The position numbers and the translations under genes are program-made. Of a stretch of 64,000 nt of DNA, positions 21,901 through 35,644 are shown one piece after another; position 1 is the stretch's first letter; every line of letters begins with the position of its first letter. Under the pieces are notes generated by a model. It saw only the letters and a program-made list of their open reading frames with translations. It was not told the origin of the DNA and made no database searches. Origin of the DNA: Raillietiella orientalis (lineage: Eukaryota); NCBI GenBank assembly GCA_036172245.1, contig JAYWIR010000023.1, positions 2,914,001 through 2,978,000 of the forward strand, written 5' to 3'.

Positions 21901-24900
21901 CTTTGTTTTTTTTTGTGATTTTTTTTGTCTTCGTTTTTCCTAATGTGAGCTCTCTTGTCATCCATCCGCAGTTGTCAAGGAGCACGATAGCCCTTCTTTC
22001 CTAAGGTGAGGCGATCACATCTCGATATTGTGAATTCAGCCACCGTTGCAGATTTCCTTTCGAGCTGCATCACTGCGGAGTGCTGCTCTCAGGAGTTCTC
22101 CTTCTGAACGAATCGTGGGATATCAAGGAAGTCCGCCTCTCCTTAATATCGCGTTCGCGGACGCTTCTTCAGCTACGTTGGACGAGCACACTTCTCGTTT
22201 CAGAGCCTTCTGAGGTGAGATGGCTGTTTCCACCCCTTCTTTTTCTGCGATCTACCTGCCCTGCTTCCTCGCACCATCCTAGAGTGGATTCTGCGACTGT
22301 CTCCGCCTGTTTCTGCGAGCAGAGCTCCGCAGAACTCTTCCGGTGAAAAGTGAAAGTTTCTTTGCCTCTGTCTCAAAAGATCCGAAACCATACGGGGCTT
22401 TCGGCTGGACTCAAACCGCTCCGTGGCAGGAGAACTCAAGAGAGCCGTCTGAACTGGCGGTACTGGATGCGAAATAAAATGGGTCCAGGGCTCCCTGCGT
22501 GCTTCAGGCGGATGAACCCCAACTGTGACAGTGGAGAGCTCGAAAATTCCGATTCTGGCGCCGTTCTTCTGAAGTGATTTGACGAACCTCTGGAGTGTCG
22601 GCAAGACAAGTGAGAAGGGAAGGGTACTCTTGACACGTCGTCGAATCCGCGCTAGCACACCCCAAAGGTGCTCGCCTCGGCTGACACTTCAGGACACACT
22701 TTCCTCCAGAGAGGAAGGGGGAAGGGACGTAAGAGGCAGCAGAAGAAGAAAAGCAAACAAGCAGCAAGAGACACAGATGTGCGTGCGTGCGGATTCTGTC
22801 CGCGGAAAAGAAATTTTCCCTGTTCACAGAGGGTGAGGAGGTGTTCCCGCCGAGGCGTCAAAGTGATAATGGATCAAATTCGTTTATTTAAGATGGCAAT
22901 CAAAATTTACTGTAGAATCACAAGAGGAGAAGATAAGCAATTAACGAATTCTTGAGTCGGAATTTACGAGAAACGACTCCCCCCTGCAGAAGAGGCTCGT
23001 TAAAATGGGAAGACTCCGCCACCGACTTTTGCTTTTTTCCCGTTTTTGCCTCCAGGCCAGACGCCATAACGGATTTGCTGCTCGCGTTACGCTGCCGATC
23101 AGTGGTCTCCAGTGAAGTTTCGGATTCCTTAAGCTGGTCCTTATCTCCTAGATCAGTGGGAAAACTTCACGCTTTCTTCTCTTGGAGATCGCGATGCGAT
23201 AAAGCATCTCTTCGGCCCGATGGAGGTGGGCAGGGAGGAGGAGGAAGAAACGACTCGGGTGAATTTCACGGGAAACCTCCAGTTGCGCCCGTGGCATCGC
23301 TGACTCCTCGGCTGCGACTCGCACACGGTCGACATTGAAATGATCGATGGAACTCGAAGGTGGACGTTCTTTCTCGACTTCGACTGGACTGGGAATTTAT
23401 CTTGTCCTCCGGTGGCGCACAGTGCAGTTTGCTCCTGCTCCCTCTGTGCGACAGCGGGACAGGGAGATAGCGCCGGGATTCGGATGCCACCGTGGTTACA
23501 GATCAAAACAGTCTCTCCCTTGGGATTTGACGAGAGTCAGTGGTCAGGAACCCAGCTTAAAACTCCCGGGAAAGCGAGAACAGCGCGGAAAGTGACCCCC
23601 CCTCCATGTAGGAGGAGATGCGAGGAAACCTTCCGGGTGCCTTCTACCTGGAAACTTCCGAAAGCGACGGACAGTTACTGTTCAGTCACTCTGGACGAAG
23701 ATCCTTCCAGAAGAGTCCAGGAGGTTACTCGGAAAGTTGGGCCTGACTACGCATGCAGGGAGAACGAGAAGAGATTAGATCTCGAAGCGCCTCCCTCCTG
23801 GTGCCGAGGAAGAAGTCTCTCTTTGGGGGTTGGATTGGGTCCTTCCTAAGAGAAGCACCGACGAAACTATTCTAAGAATCCATGGAGAAGCTCTGAAGGA
23901 GACGTGCACATTTCCTGGCTCTCTCTCGGGGGGCAAGCAGGAAAGAGAGAACGCGGGCGAGGAGCGCGCGGGAGAATCGTTTTCGATTTCCAGTCTCCGA
24001 ACGGATGATGGAATTTCAGGTCAGTAAGATGAGGAAGAATGAGATGAAACAGGAAAAATAAACCGATATTTGCATTTGCAAACTGACACACTGAGAATAA
24101 TTTTCGAATTTCCAGCATTCCAGTCGTTCTTTGTGCCCACAATAAATTTTCCGGGAGCATTTGATTTCGTTAATAACCGTTGGCATTTATGGATGCTATT
24201 AGAAAGTTCTTTATTTTAATGGATTTGGGTGGAAGAGCTAAGAATAAGGGATCATTTCCAGAGCGAAAGAAGCAAAGACGACATGATGATATTTTTTCCA
24301 AAAGAAGAAAAAGAAAAAGGGGTTTAGGAATATAAGCTCGGTTCTCAGTTCACAATAAGGAGAAGATAAATCTTTCAGTATGGGGAAAGGCGTTGTCGAT
24401 TCCTTGCTCCATCCACACTGCGTCAGAGTAGGTAGTCTTCCTGGTTTCGTATAGTTTTCACCTGGCGCTGACGATCCTCGAAAAGCAGCGTCACTTCTTT
24501 GAAGGCACCTCGCACAGAAATACAATGGTTTACTTATTTATGACTTTATAATGAAGAGGTTCCCATGGTGTGAAGCAAGGACGCCCGAGGTTTGAAAAAA
24601 AAATTTCACTCAGAAAGTGATAAGAAAACTTTTTGAGAGATCGTGGCTTTTCTCCTCAAAAGACTAATCAACTTTTACAGCTTAGCACAAAGACATCCAT
24701 TAAGAACATTGCATTCTCCCATCGTATATTTTATGCTTTACAATGGAAGTTTTTATTGCATGTCGGTTAGCGGCGTCCCTTGTCCATCACCCAAGAACAC
24801 AAGGCCTGTTGTTACACCAGAGGTTCTTGGATTAGTCCAAATTGACACTTTGTTTAAGCATGAGTATTAATAAAATCTTTTTCATGTTAATAAAAATACC

Positions 24901-27900
24901 TTTACCTAGCAGCCATCCACCTAAGAATGGATGTTAAAGCAATCTCTTAGTTGAATGTGCACCAGGAGGGGGGAAAAAAGGAGGGGGAGAGGGGGGAGAA
25001 AAATCTCTCGAGTGGTCTCATCGCTCGTTAAAGAAAAATTCCTTGAATAGTTCTGAGGAGGAAACGCTTCCATATTCGTCTTGCTTTTTCCTTTGCCGAT
25101 TTGTCCTTCCGGATTCGGTGCCTGCATCCCCCCTCAGACCCTTCAGAGCTGGAGCGATTTTCTCTTCCACAAGATCTTCGGCATCCAGAGGGGTCAAACC
25201 CCCCTTTGGCCATGTCTCGGCACTAAGCACAGATGGTCCCATGTTTAAGCAAGAGTCACCATTTCTCCTGTCTTCTTTCCCTCAAACTTCACACTGTGGA
25301 AGAAAAAGCGGAATGGATGCGACGACATGGCTGCGTGATCTCTCAACATCTTCCCGAATGGTTTTGTTTTCCCATTTATTGCACTTGAAAACAAAGATGG
25401 CAGTGAGCTTGTTTTCTTACACGACAAAAACAACTTCCAAGTGTTGAAATGGAATCCGTCATGAAGATGCGGTTTAAGAAAATGCCAGTTCTTTCTTGCT
25501 CTGCGTAAAATGCGTAGCTAATTATATACAATACACGAGTTACTGTACAAAATGAGAAAAGAAACATCATCTAGAAGGTCGTAAAAATTACAAAGAGCGA
25601 AAGTGAATTTTCTGCTCCAATTTTCCATCTCTTGGATAGGTTTTCGTGCTTGTGTCCTCTTTCTGCACGTGGGTTGTAAGATGGATCAAATCAAATCTTG
25701 CGCGGCGTGACGATGAGCACGGAAAGCTGGTACGCTTGTGTACAATGAGACTGCGCGACGATCTGTCAGCCTCGAACAAATCGTACAGCGTCGTCCTGGG
25801 GTGGAGTGCGTGCTGCGAAGCGTAACTGAACTCGAGGGTGCGTACTGTACACGCACGCATCAATATGCTGGCAACTGCTGGAAACGTACACAGCTGATGG
25901 GATTACTGCTAGTGGAAAACCTGCATGTGTGTATGTGACATGCACAAATAGCAGCAAAGTGTGTGATGCAAAAATGAAATGGGTGCCGCTGCTTGATCCT
26001 ATCGCAGAGGCGTGAGGATAACCGCCTGCGCTATTGCGGCCATCCTGTGCTTTTCCTGGAGTTTCGTGACACGCAAACGTGTGGCAGTTCCATGATGCTC
26101 CCCTTAGTTTCCATACGCCTCGTCAGATGGCTGATTGATTGGGGCGAATAATTATCGAATAAACCGTGGACGCGCAGCGTTCTCGCAGGGCAGATCTCTG
26201 GCTCGGTACCTCGGCAACGCGGACGGCAATTGAGCCACGCGCGGCGGCAGCACCGGGCTGCACGGCGGCTCAGTGGCTCTTCCCCTCCGCCCGGAAACGC
26301 CGGGAGCGCACGCGCAGCGAACGGGCAAGAGAGAGCGCCGTCTAGAAGATTCCCACGAGAGAAGAATAGCTCCTTGCGAGAAGCGTCCATTCGGCTAAGA
26401 CCTGGAGCTTCTGCAAAGCCCCGTCCACATCCCGTGCCGGGGATCCCTCGAGCTCTCGGGACGTGCCTGGTCGCCACCGAGAAGCATTCTTTCCCCCGTT
26501 TCGCTGTCGACTTCATCCCGATCCGCCGCCGCCACCAAAAGAAACGGAATAAGAATGGCTTCCAACACACCAGAAGATACTTTCCAGTCGCAAGATGTCC
26601 TAGAAGATAAGCATGAAGTATGTCTCACCTTTCGTGAACAGATCCACTCACGGTTCCTTCTGTGAAATGCGATAATAGCTGTCAGAGCGGACAACCATGA
26701 AGATTGATGAGGTTCGCACAGACGGTCCTCTGCGTTCCAACGACTCGAGCATCATCTGCATGCATCATCGTACTGCCACGACTACCATCCCTAAAGGATG
26801 GGGAAGGCTGGGTGATTACTCGCCGGGAACCCGAGATGGCAGCCCGAGACGGACACGCACGCTTCTGACTGCTAAGAAATGCTATTGGGAGAAAGAGGGT
26901 CTGCGCGCGTTGGCGATAGGGATCTGGCGCGGGCGGAGTAGTCCGGCTCACTCCCCGCGCGCGCACTCGGAACAGCTCCGGAGGACAACTTTCGGAGAGA
27001 TCGGATCGCCCAGTCCAGGGAACAGCGACAAGCCACCTACCCTTTCTGGACCTTCCCGTGCCTCTCGACTGCCGTCGGGGGATCTTGGAGCTCCTCCTCA
27101 AGTGCATTCTCTGTCTAATAGACCGTCGCCCCGCAGCCGCGATGGGGGCCCCGCTCTTGAAGAACCCCGAGGCTGGGCGCACGCGAAGATTTGCTTAAAC
27201 CTAGCTTTTTCCCTCCGTGTGATCTCCGTGGCAACCAGAGTTTCCTCTCCTCCCTCCCTTGTTCGGAAGATCGATTCCGACCCTGCATCTCCCCCTCTTT
27301 CCGGTATCGGATGGTGTCACGCCATTTTTTTTTCTTCCTCTTCTTCTTCTCTCTGTCTCTTTCTGGCATTCCCGATCCGGAAAGCAAAAAAAAAAGTAGC
27401 CTTTCTCGGTCTTCTTGTGTGCTCCCGGCTACCGACAGAAAGCTCCGCCCAGGACGGGCATTCGTTATCAGCTCGGCCGCCTTCTTCCGCGTGCCGAACC
27501 GAGCAGACCGGTGAGCGGCAGTCGTCTTCCGCATTGAGAGCTCGCTTCTTGGCGTCGCTCCGCGGCCAGACGTGCGAAGTGCCCGGGCAGGATTAGGGGC
27601 CTTGGGGAAACTCCTCCAAGAGGTCGCGACTCCGAGTGAGTTCTGCGGCATCCGCGCGGCGCCTCTGATTCTCGAGTGAGTCGTCAAGGAAGGAGGGAGA
27701 GAGAGAGGCCTTCCAGGGGAAAAGGGGTCTTCTTTTCCCTTCTTGCGTCTCGATTCCCTCTGTCACTCTCGCCTGTTCGAGACGCACGCAAAGAAGGATC
27801 AGCTGAGAGACTGACAACGCTCATCTCTTTCTCGCCGTAGAACGGTGCCGTTTGGTACCCGTCGCTTGATGCTTCCAGCATGCGAAATGCTTCCAGTTTC

Positions 27901-28023
27901 TCTCTCTTACTTTTTTGTCTTCCTTTTTGCGCTTGACTGCTGCCCCCTATCACTGTATTCTCATGTATTTTTCATTCCCTCCTCTTCCTTGCTTTCCATC
28001 CTTTCGTCTTTCTCTCTTATCAG

Positions 28024-28150
28024 GTATTGGATCATCCTTAGCAGCTATCGCCGCTGTTCCGCTCACATCTTGCGACTGTGATTTTCTCTTACCGCCCTGG
28101 TGGTATGACGCGTCAAAGCGTCTCATCGTTGCACTCCAGGAGACGGAAAT
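28024..28150 (+). other. Candidate orphan internal exon (127 nt), product unknown
   Basis: A long polypyrimidine tract ending TCTCTTATCAG| precedes it and the donor |GTGAGT follows. One frame is open (IGSSLAAIAAVPLTSCDCDFLLPPWWYDASKRLIVALQETE). I recognise no homology. Confidence 0.35.
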
Positions 28151-31100
28151 GTGAGTTTGCCCTAGCAACGCAGAGGAAGTTCGGCAATAGACAATTCTTT
28201 TCCCTCAAACGTGGAAGAGCGGAAGCAGCAAAAAAAAAAAAAAAAACGCTGCTCACAGGATCAAAGAGATCAAGAACTGCTGTTCTTCTGCAGTGGTCTC
28301 GTCAGGTGAGTCATTCTCATCCGTTCCTGATTTCCCGTTGATTCTGCAGGGTGGCAGTTATTTATCCATCTCAGGAACTCCTGTTTCTATGAACAGCAGA
28401 CTGAGCAGGAACAAACTCCAACGTCCGAGCAGTGTGCACTGTGATGATCCGCTTTTTTGCCCGAGATAGGAAACCACAGGCATGTCTTATTCGATGACCT
28501 CTGTTTCCGCAGTTAGGACGACCAGATGAATCGCCATTCTGCCGTTGTTTTCCCGTCTAGGTTCCAAGCATCACTCATCTTTCGATTCCCCGTTTCTTAC
28601 TGAATGGAATCTGTTCCACACGTAGAGATTTCATTTATGGATAAGGAGATTCGTACAAAATGGAAAAACCGAAATCATCCTCTTTCTGTTTTCATACTGC
28701 GGGGTAAAAAAAGCGTCTCTTTTGGCTTCCCTGAAATTGGGACACTCCTCCTATTCTTAATTGCCAGGTTCAAAACAGCAAGAGGAGCTGCTATTGGTTC
28801 TTCTCAACACAAGCTGAATGTTTGCAGTATCTCCGAAACTATCAAATCTCTGAAACGCATCCCCTGTTGCGTCGCTAAGGATCCAAAGGCAAAGTGCACA
28901 TCCAAAAGGAGGCTCCCATCTTTTCCAACTTCCAATGACCAATCTTATTTGTTTATTTCTCTCCCGCCATCCCTTCTCCGCTTCTCTTTCTGAATTCCCG
29001 ACGATGGACGAGAAGAAGATCAATTCGGTTCATCTGTACCTTTCGTTACTGCTTTTGATCGTGTGCGCCTGCAACAGGGACGGGCGATCCGCAGTTTCAC
29101 CCTGTCTTCTCCGCTCGAGGTGAGCACTCCTTTCAAACTCGAATTTCTGGAGTCCTCTCTCGACCATTCTTCTTTCCCTCCCTTTGTTCTGGAGACCAAG
29201 GAAGATCGTTCTGTGGAGCAGACTTGCGGATCCGCTGATCTTCACGAAAAGGACGCCGTAAGTTTTTTTTTTTTTGTTCTTCCAGTGTCGAAGGAATCTG
29301 GACCGAAAACTGTGAAATTTCGAAAGCCATGATAGTTCAGGGACGCGCAGAGGAACCGTGCATTTTTCCGTTTCGAATGAAGGACTCAGACACTCCTGAG
29401 GAAACCTTTTGAGGAAAGACCTCGAAACCTGGTTGCCTGGCTGCGATGGTCTCCTGATTCTAGAGTTCCAAGCCGCGAGAATCGCTGCCTTCCATGGGTA
29501 ATGGTTCCATAAAAGTAGCTGTTTGTACTTGGAACCAGGCATTTCAAACCGGCCTTCCGGAACTGCAGAGAGTACCAGAGCCATGGATTTACAAAGCCTT
29601 TTTTCGATACCACCGGCTAAAAGTTCAAAGGATGCCAATGGAATGTCATTGCCACCTTCTGGACATCCCGTTTCCATCTCTGGATCATTTGATTTCTCCC
29701 GAAATTCAAGCCGGGAACATGGGAAAGGTCTTGCTTCTCCGTAATGAGTCACGACCAAGCAAAGAAATAGAAAGATTGGCCAAGGAAGATTATTGTGCTA
29801 ATGGAAACGCAAACTGGGAAGATCCTTGATGTTCACCATGGAGGAATCCCAGAACCTAAAGATACACCGCTGGAAACACCTAATATCTTTTTCATTTGTT
29901 TACTTCTCGTCCGAACGTCTCCGAATGGATAGAAATTCACTTCAGAGGAAGCATTCTTTTCTCGAAACACAAGATGAAATCAATAAAAAATACAAACCAA
30001 TAGGCCGTGGAGGTTCTCTTGAGTGGACAAATATCGGAGACTGTTTGTTCTCAAACCACGTGCTTCGGACACCAAAGAAACTGAAGAAGAAAACGAGGAT
30101 GCCCTCGAATTCATCCCTGCATGAATGATTCCACATCATTGCCTATCATACTGAGGCTCCTCACGTGGAATTGGCAATGCCAACTCTACGTCTTCCCTAA
30201 GCACAGGGAAAATCGAAATGAAGAGAGCATCCTGGTTGTATTGGGTCTTCATTGGGCTTTGGTGCGGCTATTCCATGAAATTTAGAATCCTGGGTTTGCG
30301 TGATCTGCTGTTTCTTCATGCTGCCCTCGTTTAGAAGGAATCAAATTTCCTTAAGGATTTAGGAACAGGCAAAAGCAGCTGCCTCGAGAGTCTAGAGCAT
30401 TCTCTGAAAAAGCAGCAGCACATTCTTTGAAGAAAGTTGAGCTGAAAATTTTCGGGAAGCATAATGGGATGTTGATTTCTGCCCGCCGAGGCATAAGATT
30501 CAGGCTGTTTGTCCATCAAAATGGATTTAGAATTTCATCTAAGGGAGAATGGCGTGGGTTTGCTTGGAGAAGCATTCTGTGTGGACAGAAGGCAGAGGAG
30601 GTATGGAAAGAGACAACTGATAACTTTCCTAGGCTTTATTAGAGAGCTGTTGATATCTGCTTGACATCAGCTGCGTTTTTACGAATATTGGGGAACATAT
30701 TTTGGCGGTTTCACTCGTCGCTAGACACCCGATCGCGGTTCCACACCTATGGAGGATATCTCTGCAGAATTCTCAGATCTCCGAGCAAGGAAAGGAAAGA
30801 ACAGGAGCTGCTGGAAACACTCTTCTCCGCTTACCTTTTCCCAGTCCTGCTGTAGCGAAGAGCGCCTCTGGTTCCGACGTTTAAGGCGGCGGTGCAAGCA
30901 GAACACGAGGAACTCTGAAAACGACTGCAGTGGATCAGAGAAAGGGCACGAGACCACAAATCCAGAACCTGAGGAAGTGTCTTCCGATTCTTACGCGTCA
31001 CCGGATTTCGCGTTGACGCTCTCGGTTTCCGTGATATGCGCTGCTAGTATCCTGGTTGTTACCCTCTTCCACGTTACTCTTCGTCCCATCTGCACTTTCC

Positions 31101-31607
31101 CCCTAAGACAAAAAGATTCCGCTTTCATCCGACATGGAGGATGAACTCTTCTGAAAATTCTCATGTCGGCCACCCCGAGCTGCTGTTGCACTGCAGCCTT
31201 TAAAATGCACATCATGAAGCTCCGTCTCCAACTCCACACTGAAGCCAGAATGAAGATCAAGTTTTCAGATAGATCGAAATCTACAAGAAACGAGAGGTTG
31301 ACCATTGACAACGTTCAAGGAAGACTGCGGATCGATGTAAGAATAGCTGCACACTCTCATAAACAAAGAAATATCTGCCACGTCACATATACGTTTAGCA
31401 CGGGAACAATATGCGCACATAATGGCGCCTACATAGGTGCATGCATATGTAAGCGGAGGACGGAAGAGTTGTGATTAGAACTGCTATAGAATTGCACGTG
31501 TACAACGTATACGTGGATCGCTGTCTGTGTACATACTGAAACAAAGCGTGTCTACATGAGTACATATATATGTGTGTTTTCAAAACATGCCTACATGCGT
31601 GCACATG

Positions 31608-31609
<2 letters not shown>

Positions 31610-31641
<32 letters not shown>
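31610..31641. repeat. (AT)16 microsatellite
   Basis: Directly visible. Confidence 0.97.
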
Positions 31642-31643
<2 letters not shown>

Positions 31644-31663
31644 CGTTTCAAGCTATGAGCTCG

Positions 31664-31702
31664 AAACTGAAAGCCCTGAGCAAAAAGCAGGGCTTTCAGT
31701 TT
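31664..31702. repeat. Perfect 15-bp hairpin, 9-nt loop
   Basis: AAACTGAAAGCCCTG (31664-31678), loop AGCAAAAAG, CAGGGCTTTCAGTTT (31688-31702). Confidence 0.93.
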
Positions 31703-34700
31703 TCCTCCTAGACCTCCTCCACGAGATCATTTTAGAGTAGATGGGATGAAACGCGTGAGTGCCGGTAACGTCGTGTCCTTGCCTGTGCAAAAAGGGTCAC
31801 CAGGAAACTTTTGCAAAGCACGAAGGATCTATTCGTCTGCCTTTTCGTTTCCAGGAGGAGCACTCTTCAAATCGATCAACTTATTGTGCTTCATTTTATT
31901 AGGAACGTTTGAAGATTTTATCACCGAAAGCTTTCTGAGTCCTTTGAATAAAAGGCCACCTTCTTCCACTTTAAACTTCTGTTTCTTTGAATTTTCCTTT
32001 TCTTCCTTCTTGTGGTCTTTCTTCACTGTGAATCTTCAAGCGCACTCACCTTATAATGCATTGTATAAAAACAGAGTGAGGATTAAATTTAATCCTTCTT
32101 AATCGACCAAATGGCTACTTAATCACGGAGTCATGCTCGCGCACTAGTGAAGCGTACAAATAAGTCTATAATCACTTGAGCGCATGCGTCCAAGTCGCAA
32201 AAAAGTAATAGCACCCGAGAGATTTCGAATCAAATACTGAGGTATATTTTTTTCGTGTTATTTCAACATGGATCTCATGATTTATTTTCTGCCAACAGAA
32301 ATTTTCGACTTCCCACTCAGCCTTTTGGATAGGAACTTTTACGCGCACCGTCTCCATGACAACGAGCTGCGAATTTATTCACACAAAAGCGGGCTGACCT
32401 ATCGTCTGCCTTTATCCGTATCGCGACTTCCTCTCATCCTTTCAATTAGTTTATTGGCAGGAAAAACGAGAGACCCAGGAAGGCCACATCCGGTTTCATA
32501 TCCCACCATCAAGGTGGCGCGCATTCTCTCTCGGTTCACACATGTTCATGGCCCACCAATTGTTTGTCACCGATGGTAGTAATTAGCCTCTTTGTGATGA
32601 ATTCTTTTCATTAGCCGCACGACAATCTCGACGCCGTGTTGTCGACCTTTGATGCATCTCTCAGTACGAAGCACAATTGACACGCTCCTCAGAGGAAGAA
32701 AAAAAAGAAAGCTTTGTTAAACGAACACGTCGAAGGGGGGGAGGGGGACGTCTTTCCGTCCACGTACTGATGCTTCACAGTCAGAATCGGTATCCTAGGA
32801 GAGTCTCGGGAGATTCCAGAATGGTGTGTGTGTTGTTTTATCGTGAATTATTACGACACTCCTGGATTGCCTTAACGTAGTGATTCTGTGATCGTGATGG
32901 AAACTGCATACACGAGCGCTGTGTCGTGTAAGTTGCAGTCTGAGTGGACAGACCGACTCTTGCCTTACTTGGAAGGAGCGTCGCTCACGGGCAGCATCCT
33001 GACCGAGGAATGGAAACTGAGATGGGATTATTGGCCAGTCGGGAGCCTGGAAGGAAGAGCCCCGGACAACATTAAGGCGGCACCGTCTCCTGTTTCGCCG
33101 CCACCACGGCGCAGGGTGTACTTGCCAGCCACATCTTCCGTTGGAACAGCTGAGCAGAAAGCGCGGGAAATAAGAGAGATATGGTGGAGTGTTGTGTTGC
33201 CCAAACATCGACTATGTGGTTTCAGAAAGGGTCGTCGTGTTCTTTTCTCCTGGACGCATGTGGCAAATCTTCCATTAACATTCCGGGCTTAGACTCGGTC
33301 AAAAAAAAATGTTGATAGACTAAAAAAGATAATGGGCATCTCCAAGACAGGAGGTCTTTTTTGTTTTTTTAGGAAGCTTACACGCAGCCAAAGGTCACAA
33401 CGAAGGCAGACTGCCGGGCAAAGATAACGCCATGAGATCCTCCAAACTTTCCAATTAATAAAGAAAATTGATAGAAAAGGATCCCGAGAAAGAGGCGAAC
33501 CGGAATAAAAACAAAGATAAGCACTCTTGCAAGGTTGCATAGGACCCCTCCCCCGCCTCTGGTCTCGAAATGGTTTTTCCTCGAGAGCGCAGCAGCATGG
33601 TGACCAAAAAGGAAGTCGAGTCTACCGAGAACAACCAACGCCACCCCTTGGAAGTCAGGTCACCCCTATTGATCCCTGATTCAGTCAAAGAATGGTTATT
33701 AGTTGAAGCGGCTCACCAAAGTCGAGGACCAGGTCAGTCGACAACTGGTCCGGCGAGGAAACACGTGGATGTACTTCTGCTCCCGAGTGGTCACAAAAAA
33801 ATCCTCCCGTTTCATGTTTCGGCGGAGGTTCCCGATACGTTTGTACATTGAGTACCGGAAAGAGTACGCTCACGAGGAAACGTACCATCACGTGCGACCC
33901 CTATTCTCGATACCCATCTCCCTGTAAATAAACCTGGTTCTCCCAAATTAACAGCTGCTCGGGTTGCACCGCGAATTTTTCCCTCGGGCATCATCGGAGA
34001 GCCCCCTGCCCAATGCAAAAGTGCTCTTCGCGAAACCCCAAGGAATGTGCACAAGAAGGAAAAAGCAAAGGATTGGTGGGTGCGTGAGACCTTCCTTCCC
34101 CGAACGGGTTGTATCCGTTTGTCCTCTCCCCCCCCCCTACGAAAGGGGAAATCCGACCGTGCTCCAGCCTCACTTCGTCTGAGCTACGTTTCTCATGGAG
34201 GATGGATGGGTGGCTATCCAGGACCGTGGCGGCTCCCATCTATTCTAAAATGATCTCGTGGAGGAGGTCCTGGAGGAAAATCACCTCGGTGAACCGCTGC
34301 GTTGCCTCTCTCGCCATACCGCAATGGCTTCCTTTCCTCGAGCGGACCGGCTCGGAAGAAAAGGAACCACAAATCACACCACGGATGCGGGAAGCGGCCC
34401 TGTTCTCGAAGATTCTCTCTCCGCAGATCGCAGAGGTGGCGCTGTCGCTTCCGCTCCCCTTCTCCCTGGGTGGACAAGCGACGAGTCCCTGTCATGGTGG
34501 CTGCGGTGAGCTGCACGCGCACCGATGCGATCCTAGGAACGAGCGCGGCTTGGGACGAACCTGTCCTCGAGATTTGTTCCTCGGAAGGAAGAGGGAGGCA
34601 AATCATAACGATGACAGCCTGCAGTAAGGGACGCTGTGAGCTGGAAACTATGAAAGGAAAGAGAAGCGATTTCCCTAGGCAAACTGGAGGAACGATTTCT

Positions 34701-35607
34701 GTACCAATTAACGGATGCATGGAAATCATCAATGAAAATCGAAGAGTCTGGAAAGCGACGTGAATTGCAAATGCATTGAGTGCTTGGAGCAATCCTTGAG
34801 TTCGGGCGGGAGATAAGGATGGAAAATAATTATAAATCGGGCACATCTGCCTTAATTAAAATTGGCTACCCATTTGTTCGCAATTAAGTAGCTCACTTGT
34901 GATTGAAATCCAGTGGTAATTTCAAAAGAGGAAATTCCTCCCTGGTCACCTTTTATTTTTGGAAAACGCCGAAGTTCCCGATTGCTTACGGGGATGGAAG
35001 CCGAAGACTCCATTTCATTATCGGAACAGAGACGTTTTCCCTTACGCATCTCTTGATCACAGCCCGCTCACTCGGAAAGATTTGCTTTAAGACTTCCCAG
35101 GAGGCGATGGATGAGCCTCGACTCGTTTCTCAGTCTCAGAAAAGCCCAAAAAACCGAAACGAGATTTGCCCAAACGAGCGGCTCGAGTTTTCGTTTTTGG
35201 ATCCTCCTCATTGGTTCGCCTGATTCAGTCTAAGGATTTTGGAAAAAAGTTTCAACGCTTCTTTTCCATTATTTATGGATACCTCTGCGCTTGAGGCTCA
35301 CTCTGAAATCGAACAATGAAGAAAAGTATCAGATGGAAATGAGTGCATTTCTTGGGAAAAAAAAGGAAAGAGTATCATTTCTATAGTGAGGAATTTATTT
35401 CTCTGGAAAAAAACGAAAAAAAAAAAGATTCTTTGGAAACCTTTGAATGCAACTTTATTCACGTTGTGGCTGAGCATGGTTTGCAATGGAAAAACCAGAG
35501 TATTTAAAGCGAAAATTTATTCCCTGTGAAAGACCGAGCTGGAATGTCTCCCAGGGCAGCCATGACAGAAGTGCTGCACTTTTTTGTTTGTTTGCTTCGA
35601 GAACTGC

Positions 35608-35610
<3 letters not shown>

Positions 35611-35642
<32 letters not shown>
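35611..35642. repeat. (GT)16 microsatellite
   Basis: Directly visible. Confidence 0.97.

Positions 35643-35644
<2 letters not shown>

Noticed and set aside
26697..27596. 299-aa plus-strand ORF
   Set aside because: Lies in a local GC-rich patch, crosses poly-T and poly-A tracts, and shows no family motif.
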